Source: Cyanophora paradoxa CCMP329
Taxonomy: Eukaryota > Plantae > Glaucophyta
NCBI GenBank assembly: GCA_004431415.1
Contig: QPMI01000560.1
Location: 434,001 to 498,000 of the forward strand
DNA length: 64,000 nucleotides
Direction of reading: 5' to 3'
The notes below the pieces were generated by a model. That model was not told the DNA's origin. It searched no databases and saw only the letters and a program-made list of their open reading frames with translations. Below are positions 20,201 to 31,163 of this stretch, piece after piece (the first letter of the stretch is position 1; each line of letters starts with the position of its first letter). Made by a program: the position numbers and the translations under genes.

Positions 20201-23200
20201 GCTCAGGCGCCTGGCGTGCTTCAAACTTGCAGGCTGAGCCTCGGAGGCTCCTTTTCGAATTCGATATTGCTGGCGGGCCTCGAAGTTCTCAAGCTTTGCC
20301 CTATCGGCTCTCCGATCCAGACCTCCGATTCGGCGCTGCGAGTTCAAGTAGCTCTTCACTCGGTGTGACTCGGCCTCGGGGATCTAGCCCAGCGCCTGTA
20401 GATGTAGATGCTGGATGATCATGATCATGACGTGCACATGCTCGAGAGCGGGGCGGGCCGGGCCCTCCGCGGCCGTGCACTCTGTGGTCGTCGTTTGGTC
20501 GTGGCCGTGCCATGGTATTCGCCCAGAATTCGAGTTCGAATTCGATGACTGTCCTAGGGCTCACACTTGATCAGCAGCGACGAGCTTAGCTCCGTCGCCT
20601 ACTCCTCCTCTGTGGTAGGCACCGTCCGCGGTGCCTCAGCTGCCATTCACATGTTGTGGGGAGCCACTGCCGGGAATAGGACCCAGCACTGGCATTGCAA
20701 TCAACCGTGGAGAGGTGGGGGTTGTGAGGCTGATCATGAGCGCTGCAGCAGCTAGCGTCCGACGGTCGCGGCAGGTGCTTCCGTTCGGATTTGGCCCTCG
20801 CGATCGCCCAGGGTTCGAAGCGCGAGCGCTATGTGCATGCTCACAAGGGTCTCCTGCTGAGGCTTTGCAGAGGGCCGTGGTTGTGGTTGTGGATTGATGT
20901 GTTGATCGCGATCGTGGCGCTGAAGTGGAGCTTATAATTAGAAGAGCCTCGCTGCGAGTCTGCCAGCAGAGATCGAGGCCTCTGGTAGAGGTGGCATGCA
21001 TATGCGCGCAGTACTAGCGCGGCTGTGCACTGCGGCACGTGGGTGGCTGCCCCACCAGGTACAGGTGGCAACGTCGACGAGCACGTGCACACGCAAGAGT
21101 CTGTCCCCCACCGGTGGTGACGTGAACGCCGCTCCATCCTTCAATCCTCTAGATCTGCCAGGCTGGAGATGTCGATTTCAATGCAGCCTGCTGGCATCAA
21201 CATCGTGTTGCAAGGGGCAGCTTTGCAGAGTAGAGCAGAGAGGGCGGTGTCATGTGGGAGAAAGCGGTCTTGCCAATTGCAAGCAGGCCTAGGGCGGTGT
21301 CCGACGGTCGGGGAGGACGGCACTGGGCCGGTTCCGCGATAGCGTGTCGAATTAAATTCTCGGAGAGGCTTGGGGCTGCCAGCCCTAGGCAGCCTGATGG
21401 CTTCTTAAGCTTGTATGTTGCAATTGCGAGCTCCGCATGTAGCTCAGGGCAGCGTCAAGGGTGACACGGTGACGAACTTGAGGCAAGTCGTGCACGTGCT
21501 CACAAGCTTGATCATGATCGTGAGCAGCACATGAGTGCCTGGCCATGGCACCGCTTCAAGAGGCTGGCGGAGTCAAACTTAGCTCGACGAGGTGCACGTG
21601 CCAGAGGTTCACGATCACGCCAGCGCCTCCGAGTCCGGATCCTCCCCGCGAATTGCAATTGCGGTTCCGTCTTAAGCTTGTAGGCCTATGCATATGTTGA
21701 AGGCCTGTGGTTGAAGTCTGCAGCGTCTCTTCTTCTTCTTCCCTCCACTTCGAATTCGGGGATTTGGCTGTGGCCGCGCCACAGCATCGAGATGCCGGCC
21801 CCGAAGGCCACCGCGGCCGGCCGGATAATCGCAAGGCCCTTCCACTCGCCTTCGGATGGCCGGCGGTGGGGCCCGGGGCGGGCCCGGCCTGAGGACCTTT
21901 ATGATCATGACCCGTCGTCTCGAGCTCGATCGCGAGCTCGGTTCACGTGGCGTGCCGCAGTGCCCCGATGTGTGTGCATACACACCGTGGCACGTGGCGT
22001 GAAGCTTGCCAAGAATATTTTGATTCCCTCTCCCTCCTTCTCTTTTGGGCTGCCTCGGTGGCAGGAGATGCTCAGGAGGCCGCTGGGCAGGCGCCTGAGC
22101 TGGAGAGGACATTGCGAAGCATGCACGGGCGTGACACCATGCCCTGCTCGTGAAGCTTCCGATCGCAGATAGGTAGCGGTGTGTGGCAGGGATCCATTAA
22201 CCAATTGCAAGAGAGCGTCCACCCACGCACGGCCGTGCACTTTTGTTTGGATCTGATGGTCCAGATAGGTAGAGTGCACATGTAGAGCGAACCATGGCCA
22301 TTCCAAGCTTGAGTTCCGGGTCCCCCATGGCCATTGATATCGGTGCGTGCACATGCGTATGCATATGCATGCGCATGCCGAAGATGGCTTCGGGCAGGTG
22401 CAGTTCGAGGGCCAAGTCCGGAGGGATGGGGCCGATATCGATGTCCACCGTGCACGTGGCATCGATGTCGTGAGGATCTGATGATCCAGGGGCCCGCTCT
22501 GCACACCTGTGCCCGCAAGTCGAGCATGTGCATGTGCATGTGATCACGACTGGTGGCATGGTTGCATGCTCCCGATCCCCAGATTGCGATTCGTGATCAA
22601 TCCTCAAATGAGAATCCTCGTGATCATGAGTCTAGGTCTTGCACTGTGGCATGCAGTTGGAAAGCCTCGCCGCGAGGGTTGGTTGGTTTGCCATGGAGCT
22701 CCCGAGCTCATTGTTGCTCGAGCTAATGCTTGCAGAGCCGTGGCGAGCCCGGTGCCTCGCCGACAAGTGTATGGATACCGCTCTGCAGCAGTGGCAAGGG
22801 CCCGGAAGTCAATGTCGCTTCGAGAAGCTATCGACCAGCCACGGGTCCTCCAGGCTGAGCCTCGGAGCTGAAGAGGGGGGTGCGGTTCCACATGTGCAAG
22901 CTTTTAACCAGCTGTGCTTCTCGCAGCCCGCAGGCCTCAGCGAAGTGTGCCGCCACCTGGCGAGTTGGCGCCTGGGCCTGCAGCCACTTGCCACGCGAGG
23001 CTCGGTCGCAGGTGGCCGCGAGGTCAGCTCCCGTCGAGCGTCGCAGGGCGCTGGTCTCGTGTCCTCGGTCCACTTGCCCCGGGCGGGGGTCGTCCTTAAG
23101 CTTGCAATCGGTCCCCTCGAGCTCCTCAAGCTCGCTATCCCCGGCGACCTTTAGATCTTCCATCTGAATCCACCCCGTGCACAAGATGGGCCGGGGGCAC

Positions 23201-23859
23201 TCTTCGTCAGCTATGCCAGCTTGGGGGCGTCCAGGGTCAGGGAGCTCGCGAGGTAGGGGCATGAGCTGTGAAGCCAAAGGGGGCTGATCATGAGGACGTG
23301 ATGGGGACGCCTGGGTTGCTGTGCCGAGCCGCCGTGAGGGTGGCCATCATGATCTCGCGCATGAGTTCTGATCATGATTCGGAGTTCTGATCACGAGCCT
23401 CAGCTGTAGAGCTTGAGGCAGGGTGCAATCGCAAGGCCCGGTCAACAAGCGGGGTCCCAATCGCGGGGCGGTAGCTAGCTATATAGCAGGGCCGGCGCCG
23501 ATGATCATGAGGCCCCGGGCCCGAGCCAAGGCCCGAGATGAGGGGGTCTAGGGCCTCTCGATCTCCAAGCTCGTCGATTTGAACTCGAAGAGCCCAAGTA
23601 GCCGTAGGCGTAGTGGCCGAGGGCATATGCACGCGGCGCCGGTCTGCAGGCAGCCGCACTCGGGGGCTTGGGAGCATGCACTGCCTCCAGGAGGGCGCCT
23701 GCACATGCAGCCATTGACATCCACCTTGCACGGAGTTGTGGTCTAATAGGGTGGGAATCCACAAGGATGGCATCATGATCATGGATCGTGCAGCCACCAC
23801 CAATTGCAAGCAAGGCCATGCATATGGCCACAAGCACTCCATTCAAGTTCAAGTGTCAG

Positions 23860-24950
23860 CGTATGGTCCGCAGGCCCACGCGTCGAGTGCAGTGTCCACG
23901 AAAACGGGTTTGCACGGCGGGCGGACGTCCCGGCCCTTCAGGTCGAGCTCTACCCACCGCCGCCACGGGGTGGCAGTCTTGGCGGCGACCGTCTCAGGCC
24001 GGAAGGGGCCGCGGCCTCCGGGGCCGAGGTCCGCGCCGGGGGCCGTCCTCTAGTCCGAGGGGCCAGCTTCGGGTCCGGAGGGACCGGCTGCACGTGCATC
24101 TGGTAGCGGGCAGTCTCCAGGGAGAGCGAGCGCCGCCGAGGGGGCCCGGGCGGAGGCTCGCCCTCGGAGTCCTCCGGCTCCCATCGTATGTGGATGGGGA
24201 CGGCCAGCTCTCAAGGTCGGCGGGGGTACGCCCGAGGGGCCCCTCGGCGTCGGAGCCGAGGCAGGCGGCGGAGCAGGCGAAGGCGGCGGTGAGGCGGAGG
24301 GTGTACTCGCCGGCCGCCGGGGGAAGCTCGAGCGGGGCGAGCCGCGCCTCGCGGCCGGTGGCGTCCCACTCAAAGGCGAGGCGGTCCCACTCAAAGGCGA
24401 GGCGGAGGGCGGCGGGTACGCCAGTGGCGCGTGTTGTGCTTGTCGCAAGGCTGCCTCTTAAGGGCAGGACCTCGAGGAAAGCATGCATCGGGGTGAAGGG
24501 GGCGAGGCTCTGCAGACCCCTTGGCGCCCCACCGACGCGGCCCGGTCTCCGAGCGCTGGCGCCTCGGTACTTTGTCGGCAAGCGCAAGGGGGAACCCATC
24601 GGCGTCAAACGCGTCCGGCGAGCCCATCTCGTTGGGGAGCGGCTCATCACCGGTGTCGCCAAGGGCGGCGGCCTCGGCGTGTGCACTTTCCAGCAGGGCA
24701 AAGGGGATGCCTGGTTCGCCCTCAGCTGCGTCAGGCATCTCCTCGTCGGAGGAGGCTGCCCGCTCCTCGGCGGCGGTGGCAGGGCCAGGCCCTCGCGATC
24801 GCCGCTTGGGCGGCGGCGAGGCCGACTCAGGTGCCGCTGGCGCGAAGCGGTCGGGGACGGCCCGCGCCCGCTTGCGAGGCCGCAGGGCACGGCAGTCTCT
24901 GAGGAGGTGGAGGCCTTGGCCTCGGCGAACCCGGCCCGGGACGTCGATGT
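23860..24950 (-). pseudogene. Possible captured host-gene fragment inside the LTR element
   Basis: GC-rich island with protein-like translations (RPRKRARAVPDRF..SSDEEMPDAAEGE..; LAPLELPPAAGEYTLRLTAAF) and an in-frame 21-bp tandem duplication (RLAFEWD x2). Confidence 0.4.
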
Positions 24951-25874
24951 TGGGGCCTCTTTCTATATGGTCGGCACCGCCCAGTTGATCACGAGTCTCC
25001 GTTGACGTCCTTGCATGCAAGGCTGTGGGTACCGGTGCCGTGCCGCGGTGGCGTGAATGTTGCCACTGTGCACGTTGCACTGCGGCATGTTCTCGACATC
25101 GCAGCTATGCCCTTCTCCCTCCCGTCGCAAGCCCTCGTCCGCGAGGGCACCTGGGGGCAGCGGATTCGGCGGCCCGGGCCGGCGCAGGGAAGCCTTGAAG
25201 CTAGGCCATCCGCCAGGGCAGCGGCCGGGGGTGCGAGGGCCAAAGAGAGAAGATCGTGGCACATGATCATGAAGCCTGGTCAATGTCATGCCAGGCCGAT
25301 ATCGATATCAAGAGCTATAGGCGATTGGAGGGAGCTGGGCTCGAGGCGCGTGCGTGAATGCAGGAGGCCGGTTCTGCAGTACGTCCAGCGCCGCGGGCCG
25401 CGGTGGCCACGTGCAGTCGGGGCCCGTCCGGGATCCGCGGATAGCAGTGAGGGTGGCTGGCCCAGTACAAGTGGGCCACCGGATCCGGATCCGGAGCTGC
25501 CAGCAGCCACGTGCACAGTGCGTTTCATGATCAGCGCTCTTGGTGACGTCGCCTCGAGCTCGATCCTCACGGTCGAGTTCAACGACCAGCTGCAGCGCTA
25601 GCTGCCTATGCAGCAGCAGCGCCTGCGGCCGGCGCCACGTGCCCTTTCTAGGCCCTGGCCCGAAGTGGCAGGCTCGGCGCCTGTTCATGGCCGGGGCGCC
25701 ATGGAGCAGTGAAGGGTGTGAAGTATGTGGCCCCGTGGCGCGTGCAGTGCACCCAGGTGGTGAGCGTTCCGCACAAGTCCAAAATTTTGATGAAATTTTG
25801 ACAGCATCTCCCCTAGCAGGGAGCGAAATTGATCTCCGAGGCGCGGTAGCGATGACGGCAGCCTCCGGTGATGG

Positions 25875-26090
25875 CGGCCTCCTGGGGAGCAAGCAGTGGA
25901 GCTGCTCCCCGATGTGCCTCCTGGGGAGCGAGCGATGAAGCCACTCCCCCTTCGCCGTAGATGGCGGAAAGCGCCGCGGCGAAGGAGCCGCAGCGCCGTA
26001 GAGGCGATCCTCAGTGAAGACGGCCTCCTGGGGAACGAGCGATGAAGCCGCTCCCCGACGAGCCTCCGGGGGAGCGAGCCGCTCCCCAGG
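25875..26090. repeat. Short dispersed repeats gcctcctgggga(g/a)cgagc(gatgaag)cc(a/g)ctcccc
   Basis: Three to four partial copies at ~25877, 25916, 26023 and 26062. Confidence 0.7.
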
Positions 26091-26820
26091 CAGGGCGAGC
26101 CCACCGGGGTTGCGAAGTGCGAAGCGTCGCGAAGAAGAAGGTCTCCGTCCCGGCGCCCGGCGGCCCAGTTGCCACGGTTGATGAGAAGTGCACCTCGCGC
26201 ATTCCAGTGTCAAGAATCGATCGCGAGCGAATCGAGCGTGGGAGGCCGGGCGAGGAGGGTCTAGACCGCTAGGTTTAGAGAAGGCCCGCTATGTTTGCAG
26301 CCTACTAGGCTAGGCTTCGAGGCTCCATGATCGAGGCCTCATTGTGCACTAGGGAGCAGCTTTAAGCTTGCCAGGGCCCGGGCGCGCGCGCGCGGCGTAG
26401 ATCGTCGGCTCTCTAACGCGTACCGCGGTGTGTAGGTCGAGAAGACCGACTTGCCAGCCAGCAGAGAGATCGAGGGGTCCCGCGCGGATGAGGCGAGCTG
26501 TGATCTGCGCCGCCCCTCCCCCGAACGCAGGCGGGCGTTCTAAGGCGCTACGGAGCACTTAAACATCATGCTTATAAGGAGTCTGTGCTCCGATCACTAG
26601 GCCTGCATGCGTGGAGGTGCGGATCGCCGGATCGCAGGCGCAGGACCGACGGAGGATCCTGCTACGCCTCCAGCGCATGATCGAAGATGCTAGATCGCTT
26701 ACGATGATGCTGATAGAGCTAGTCGCGCACTCTAGAGTCGCGATCCGCGCGTGCGCGGCGTGGATCGCGTGTACTTACGAACTTGCCCTTTGGTCGCCCA
26801 GGATGCTGCGCTCCGGGAGA

Positions 26821-26835
26821 CCGGGCAGTGGCGCC
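26821..26835 (-). other. Primer-binding-site-like sequence
   Basis: The minus strand reads GGCGCCACTGCCCGG directly after the 5' LTR. It would pair with a tRNA ending CAGTGGC-G-CC(A) and resembles the TGGCGCCGTTGCCGG Asp-type PBS. Confidence 0.55.
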
Positions 26836-27093
26836 TATCGCAAGGGAGGTTGGACAGCCCCTCGCGCGCAGCCGTGGGCCCGGGATCAGCCACGAGGTTG
26901 CCACGGTGCAGGACAGCTGTAGGGATTAAGAGACTGAGGGGTACAGGAACATCAGGGACTTAGCTACAAGAATGGAACGGAGCGCCTAGCTATACCGTTG
27001 CGCTCACCGCTCCGGCAGCGAAGGCCGCGAGGCACAGGGCTGCAACCTAGCTACTAGGCCGGCCTAGCTAGCTGAACAATGCCTCATGCAACA
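26836..27093 (-). repeat. 5' LTR
   Basis: Direct repeat of 14916-15174; minus-strand termini TGTTGCA...TGCGATA. Confidence 0.95.
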
Positions 27094-27260
27094 CGACTCC
27101 GGCGGGAGGGAGCCCTGCGGCGCTGCTGACTCCAGCCCTGGACATGTACTCCTTCTCCATGCTCCTCTTCGAGATCTCCACGGGTACCGAGCCCTGGCGC
27201 GACCTCCTCCGCTTCGTCCCCGGTACGGTACCCCCTCCATCGCGACCTGGAGGTACAGTA
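27094..27260 (+). pseudogene. Kinase copy B, 3' remnant after the LTR element
   Basis: Resumes DSG..ALDMYSFSMLLFEISTGTEPWRDLLRFVP and then ends without subdomains X-XI or the RBR. Confidence 0.85.
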
Positions 27261-27334
27261 CCCGCCCCAATCCCACCTCCCCATCCCTATGCATGAGCTC
27301 GCTAGTGGTGTAATAGTTACTGGAGGAACGAGGC

Positions 27335-30300
27335 TCAAGTCGGAAAGAGGCACGGGGGCCGGTAGGGCCTTGTGGGGCGCGATGGGAATGATGAGGCCGT
27401 ATGTAGGGCGGAGAGATCGGAAGCGGGGCTGGGCGCGACGGCGGGCGCGTCGAGAGCTATCGCCGGCCTCGCGGGGTCAGCTTCTGAGAAGCTCAAAGGG
27501 GTGGGCGGGATAGGTTCGTGGGAGGGGCGAAGTGGCGGCGAATTCGACGCGGGCCCCTCCGCGGCCCGCTCGGCCCGCGCCGGCGTCGACGGCCCGGCGT
27601 CCGAGGAAGGGCCGGCGACTGCGGCCGGCGGGCCGTCGAAGGGCAGCGGCACTCGGGCAGCCGTCGGCGAGCGGGCTCGCCCGCCACATCTCAATGCAGC
27701 GCCCGTGGAAGCGGTCTGCGGGGGCGTTAGGACGGCGGCGGAACGGACGGGGACCGGCGGTGTGGCGCGGGGCCGGCAAGGCGCACGGCGGCAGGGAGGC
27801 GGCGGGGGCGGGCCGGCGGACAGGGGCCCGAGGCAGATGGAACAATCGAGCCCCGCCTCCTCGGGGGCGGCCGCGGCCTCGGCGGCCTGGCGCGCCTCCT
27901 GCTGGTGCTGGCGTTCTCGCTCGCGCTGCTGCCCCGCCTCCTCCGCCTGCCGCTCCCGCTCGCGCTGCTGCTCCTCTGCTCGCCGCCGCGCCTCCTCCTC
28001 CTCACTCCGCTTCGCCTCCTCGCGCCGCTGCAGCTCCGCCGCCATGTGACGCCGCAGCTCCTGTACCCTGCCGCTGCCCCTCAACGCCTCCAAAAAGGAA
28101 GGGCGGCGGAGGGGCGCACCGGCGGAGGGCGTCGGCGCCGGCGCCGGAGCCGGCGAGCTCCCGCTCCGCCTTCTCCGCCTCCCGCCCCGCCGCCTCCAGC
28201 TGGCCCGCCCCCGCCATGCACCCTGCGGGGCCGGCGGCGTCAGCGATGGTCGACGGGCCGCGGACAGCGGCCGGGCGGCGCACGGATGCGGAGCAGGCGA
28301 GCCTCGAAGTCTCCCGGAGACCGCTGCGAACCCTTACAAGCGGCTGGCCACGGCGGCGGGCGCCGTGCGGACCTTCAAAAGGGCGTCGAGGAGCTTGCGG
28401 GCGGGAGCCCACCGCGCGCCCTCCACGTGCCCCGCGCCGCCTCCTGCCGCGCCGCTCGCCGGCGGACGGGGGCGGGTGGGGCGGGCGGGGGCGCGCACGC
28501 GGTCGGCGGCGTGGCGGGCGGCGCGCTCGGCGCGCTCGGCCTCCTGCCGCGCCCGCTCGCGCTCCTCCTCCGCCCGCTGCCGCTCCTCCCGCTCCCGCCT
28601 CCGCTGCTCCAGCTTGCCGGCGAGGCGCGTCTTGGGGCCTTCTTCTCGCTCCTGTTCGCGGGCGATGCACTCCTGTTCGTGTGCGATGCACTCCTGACGC
28701 GCGGTCATGCCGTCACGCGCATGCACACAGCGCCGGCAAGGTAGGGACGATACCATTACTCCGGGCGGTATTGTGTGCGGCGGCCTCTTGTGGGCCTGCG
28801 ACCAGTCGTACACGATCTGCGAGGCATTCTAATTCTGAAGCAGGAAAGGGAGCGGAGGGAAAAGAAGGACGGGCGGGGCGCGCCTTGCGGAAGGCCTTGC
28901 TGGGGTCGAGGTGGGGGGCCCGCTCGTAGAGAAGCCAAAGCGTATGCAGCGCCTCCCCGACCCCGGGGTGCGTCCGGCCCATTGTTGCCTCGAGGATCCT
29001 CCACCCCCGCTGCGGCCCGAGTGGGCGGCAGGCGGAGCGCGCAAGGTACGGGCCGGGGCGCACGCGGGCGCCGGCATCCATCAGCTCGGGCGGCTTGTTG
29101 GCGGCGAGCTGGAAGCGAGTAAGGTGCATGAGGGCGTAGCCGACGCGCCAGTGTGCCGGCCCATGCGTCGCTCCGTCTCCGACACGAGCCGCTGCGGGGC
29201 CGCCGCGGTTCACACAGGCATGGGTGCGCAAAGGTGGCCGCCGCGCACCATTGCGACCGCCTCAGCCGCGGACGGGTTGTCTAGACCGAACCAGATGTCT
29301 GTGAGCCTCTCGGAGGCCTTTTCAAAGTCACCGATGCCAACGCAGCGGTTGCACACCCGCTCCGCGATAGCCACGGCCATCTAGTCGGGCCGCCCGGTCA
29401 GCTCGGCTGGAAAGAGCCGGGGCGCTCTGCCGCTCAGCCGGGGCGCCACCCGGCTAGCAGAGTGGGGCAGCCAAGGAGGACCTTCAAAAGGCCGAGCGCG
29501 CACTGGAGGCGTCGCGCAGAGGCGTGGTGATCTCCGAGGAGGACGAGGTACTTCGAGACGGGCAGCTGGCAGCAATGCCGAGCGATCGCCGCTTCCTTGC
29601 CCGCCTCCCCTCGTGCGCAAAGGCCGCCTGCGTGGCACCGCCGTGGGCTGGACAGTGCGTGGAAAGTGCGCAGAATGGACCTTGTAGTAGGCCTCGGCCC
29701 CATCGGGATCCTTCATGTCTTGCAGGCACATCCCCAGCATGTACTCCGTCCTGGCCGTGGCCACGTGGACGGACCCCTGGCTCTCATGGCGGAGCGCTAG
29801 CGCTCTCTGCGTATCGGCGAGCAGCGCGCTCCACGTCAGAAGAAGGCTACCTGAAACAGGCATGCAAGGCTCGCGCGCGGCGGGAGCGCACGAGGAGGAC
29901 CTGCTTGGCGGTGGAAAAGTCGCCCTTGCTGGCGTACGTCTTGGCAAGGAGCTCGGCGTGGTCCGCGAGGGCTCCGGGCTTGCTCGCCACCCGCAGCGCC
30001 GCGTCCTCCTCGTACAGCTTCAGCGCCGCCTGGGAGCGCAGGAAGGCTGTTAGCGCGCGCGAGCTGAGGCAGATCATAGCTGCTCGGAGGCCTAGGCGCA
30101 CCTCGTAGAGCCGGATGGCCTTGTCAAAATTTCCGCGTCCGTCATCCAAGTGGAGATGACCGAAGTGCATCGCGCACGCAGCACTCAACGCGTGCTGCCG
30201 CCCGACCCTGTGCTCGAGCATGTCCAGGTACTCCTGCGCATGCGCAACGCGGTCGGCTGGCATTTGGCTCGCGAGAGTTGCAGCCAGGACGGGCCTGCAT

Positions 30301-30718
30301 CTCGGCGATGTACTGGGGCCGGCGGTCTCTAGATCTGCGTAGGGAGAGGAAGAAGAAGGCCAGCGAAAACCCAGCAATGCGAAGACAAGCGTCTTGCACT
30401 CGCCGCACACGCAGTCGGGCGTGCATGTGCATCGAAAGTATTCGAAATCAATCCAAGCTTAAGGAGATGGACCAGCGGCGGTAGCTTCATGAAGATCATG
30501 TTCGTCTGATCATGAGCTGTCCTAGGCCTCCCAGCGTCGTCCTTAAGCTTAAGCTGCTGAATTAGGAGCGCTAGCTTTGTCTGCCGCTGCTGTTCATGCT
30601 GCTGAAGGGCGCCGGCGTCCGCGCCTGCAGCTGTGTCCGATTCGGCAAACTTCTCCGCGGCCGCGCCGCGGCCGCCTCCCTCCTGGTTGCCTCCAGCTGG
30701 CGCGCCCCTGCCATGCAC
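27335..30718 (-). CDS. TPR-like/coiled-coil/RING-H2 protein, copy C (no CCCH)
   Basis: CTCTPDCVCGECK, HRVGRQHALSA, EYMLGMCLQDMKD; the coil runs directly into CSICLGPL RING. Near-identical to copy D, with many 1-bp G/C-run deletions. Start uncertain. Confidence 0.7.
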
Positions 30719-31000
30719 TCTGCTTCAGGGCATGCGCGTCAGCGATATGCAGCGGTCGGGCGCGCGGCGCACGCGTACGGATGCGGATCGGATCCAGAGC
30801 AGGCCAGCCTCGACGGATGACGGGCGGACCTTCACCTTCAAAAGGGCGTCAAAGAGCTATAGGGCTTGCGAGCCCTCCACGTGCCGCTGGGCCGTCTCCT
30901 ATGCCTGCCGCGCCGCTCGGCGGGCGGGCGGGCGGGCAAGCGGCGGGCGGGGGGCGCGCACGCGGTCGGCGGCGTCGCGAACAAGTTTGCGGGAACGTCG
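30560..31000 (-). pseudogene. Displaced duplicate of internal exons of the TPR-RING gene (also at ~36360-36790)
   Basis: Matches the DAADR / HVEG..DALLK / CMAGAGQLEA exons found at ~28130-28520, but degraded by palindromic insertions. Confidence 0.75.
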
Positions 31001-31163
31001 CGTTGCGAAGGGAATTTGAACGTTAACTGACTATAACCGGCCGCGGAATCTCCGGGCTTCGAACCGCGATCCGGGCTGCCGAAGGCGGGTGGAAACCGTT
31101 AGCTGGGGCCCAGCCGGGGCGCTGAATCGCCCTGAAGACGCGTACACGACTCTTCGACGCGCG

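Larger units (their letters stand above)
14916..27093 (-). mobile_element. 12.2-kb LTR retroelement, apparently non-autonomous (LARD-like)
   Basis: 258/259-bp direct terminal repeats differing by one G. 5-bp TSD CGACT at 14911-14915 and 27094-27098, with the empty site visible in the paralog at ~32861. PBS-like and PPT-like sites give minus orientation. No RT, integrase or gag motif found. Confidence 0.92.

Noticed and set aside
15175-26820. Endogenous virus, Polinton or autonomous gag-pol in the element interior
   Set aside because: No capsid, packaging ATPase, pPolB, RT (YxDD in context), RNase H or integrase motif was recognisable; the ends are direct LTRs with a 5-bp TSD, not TIRs.
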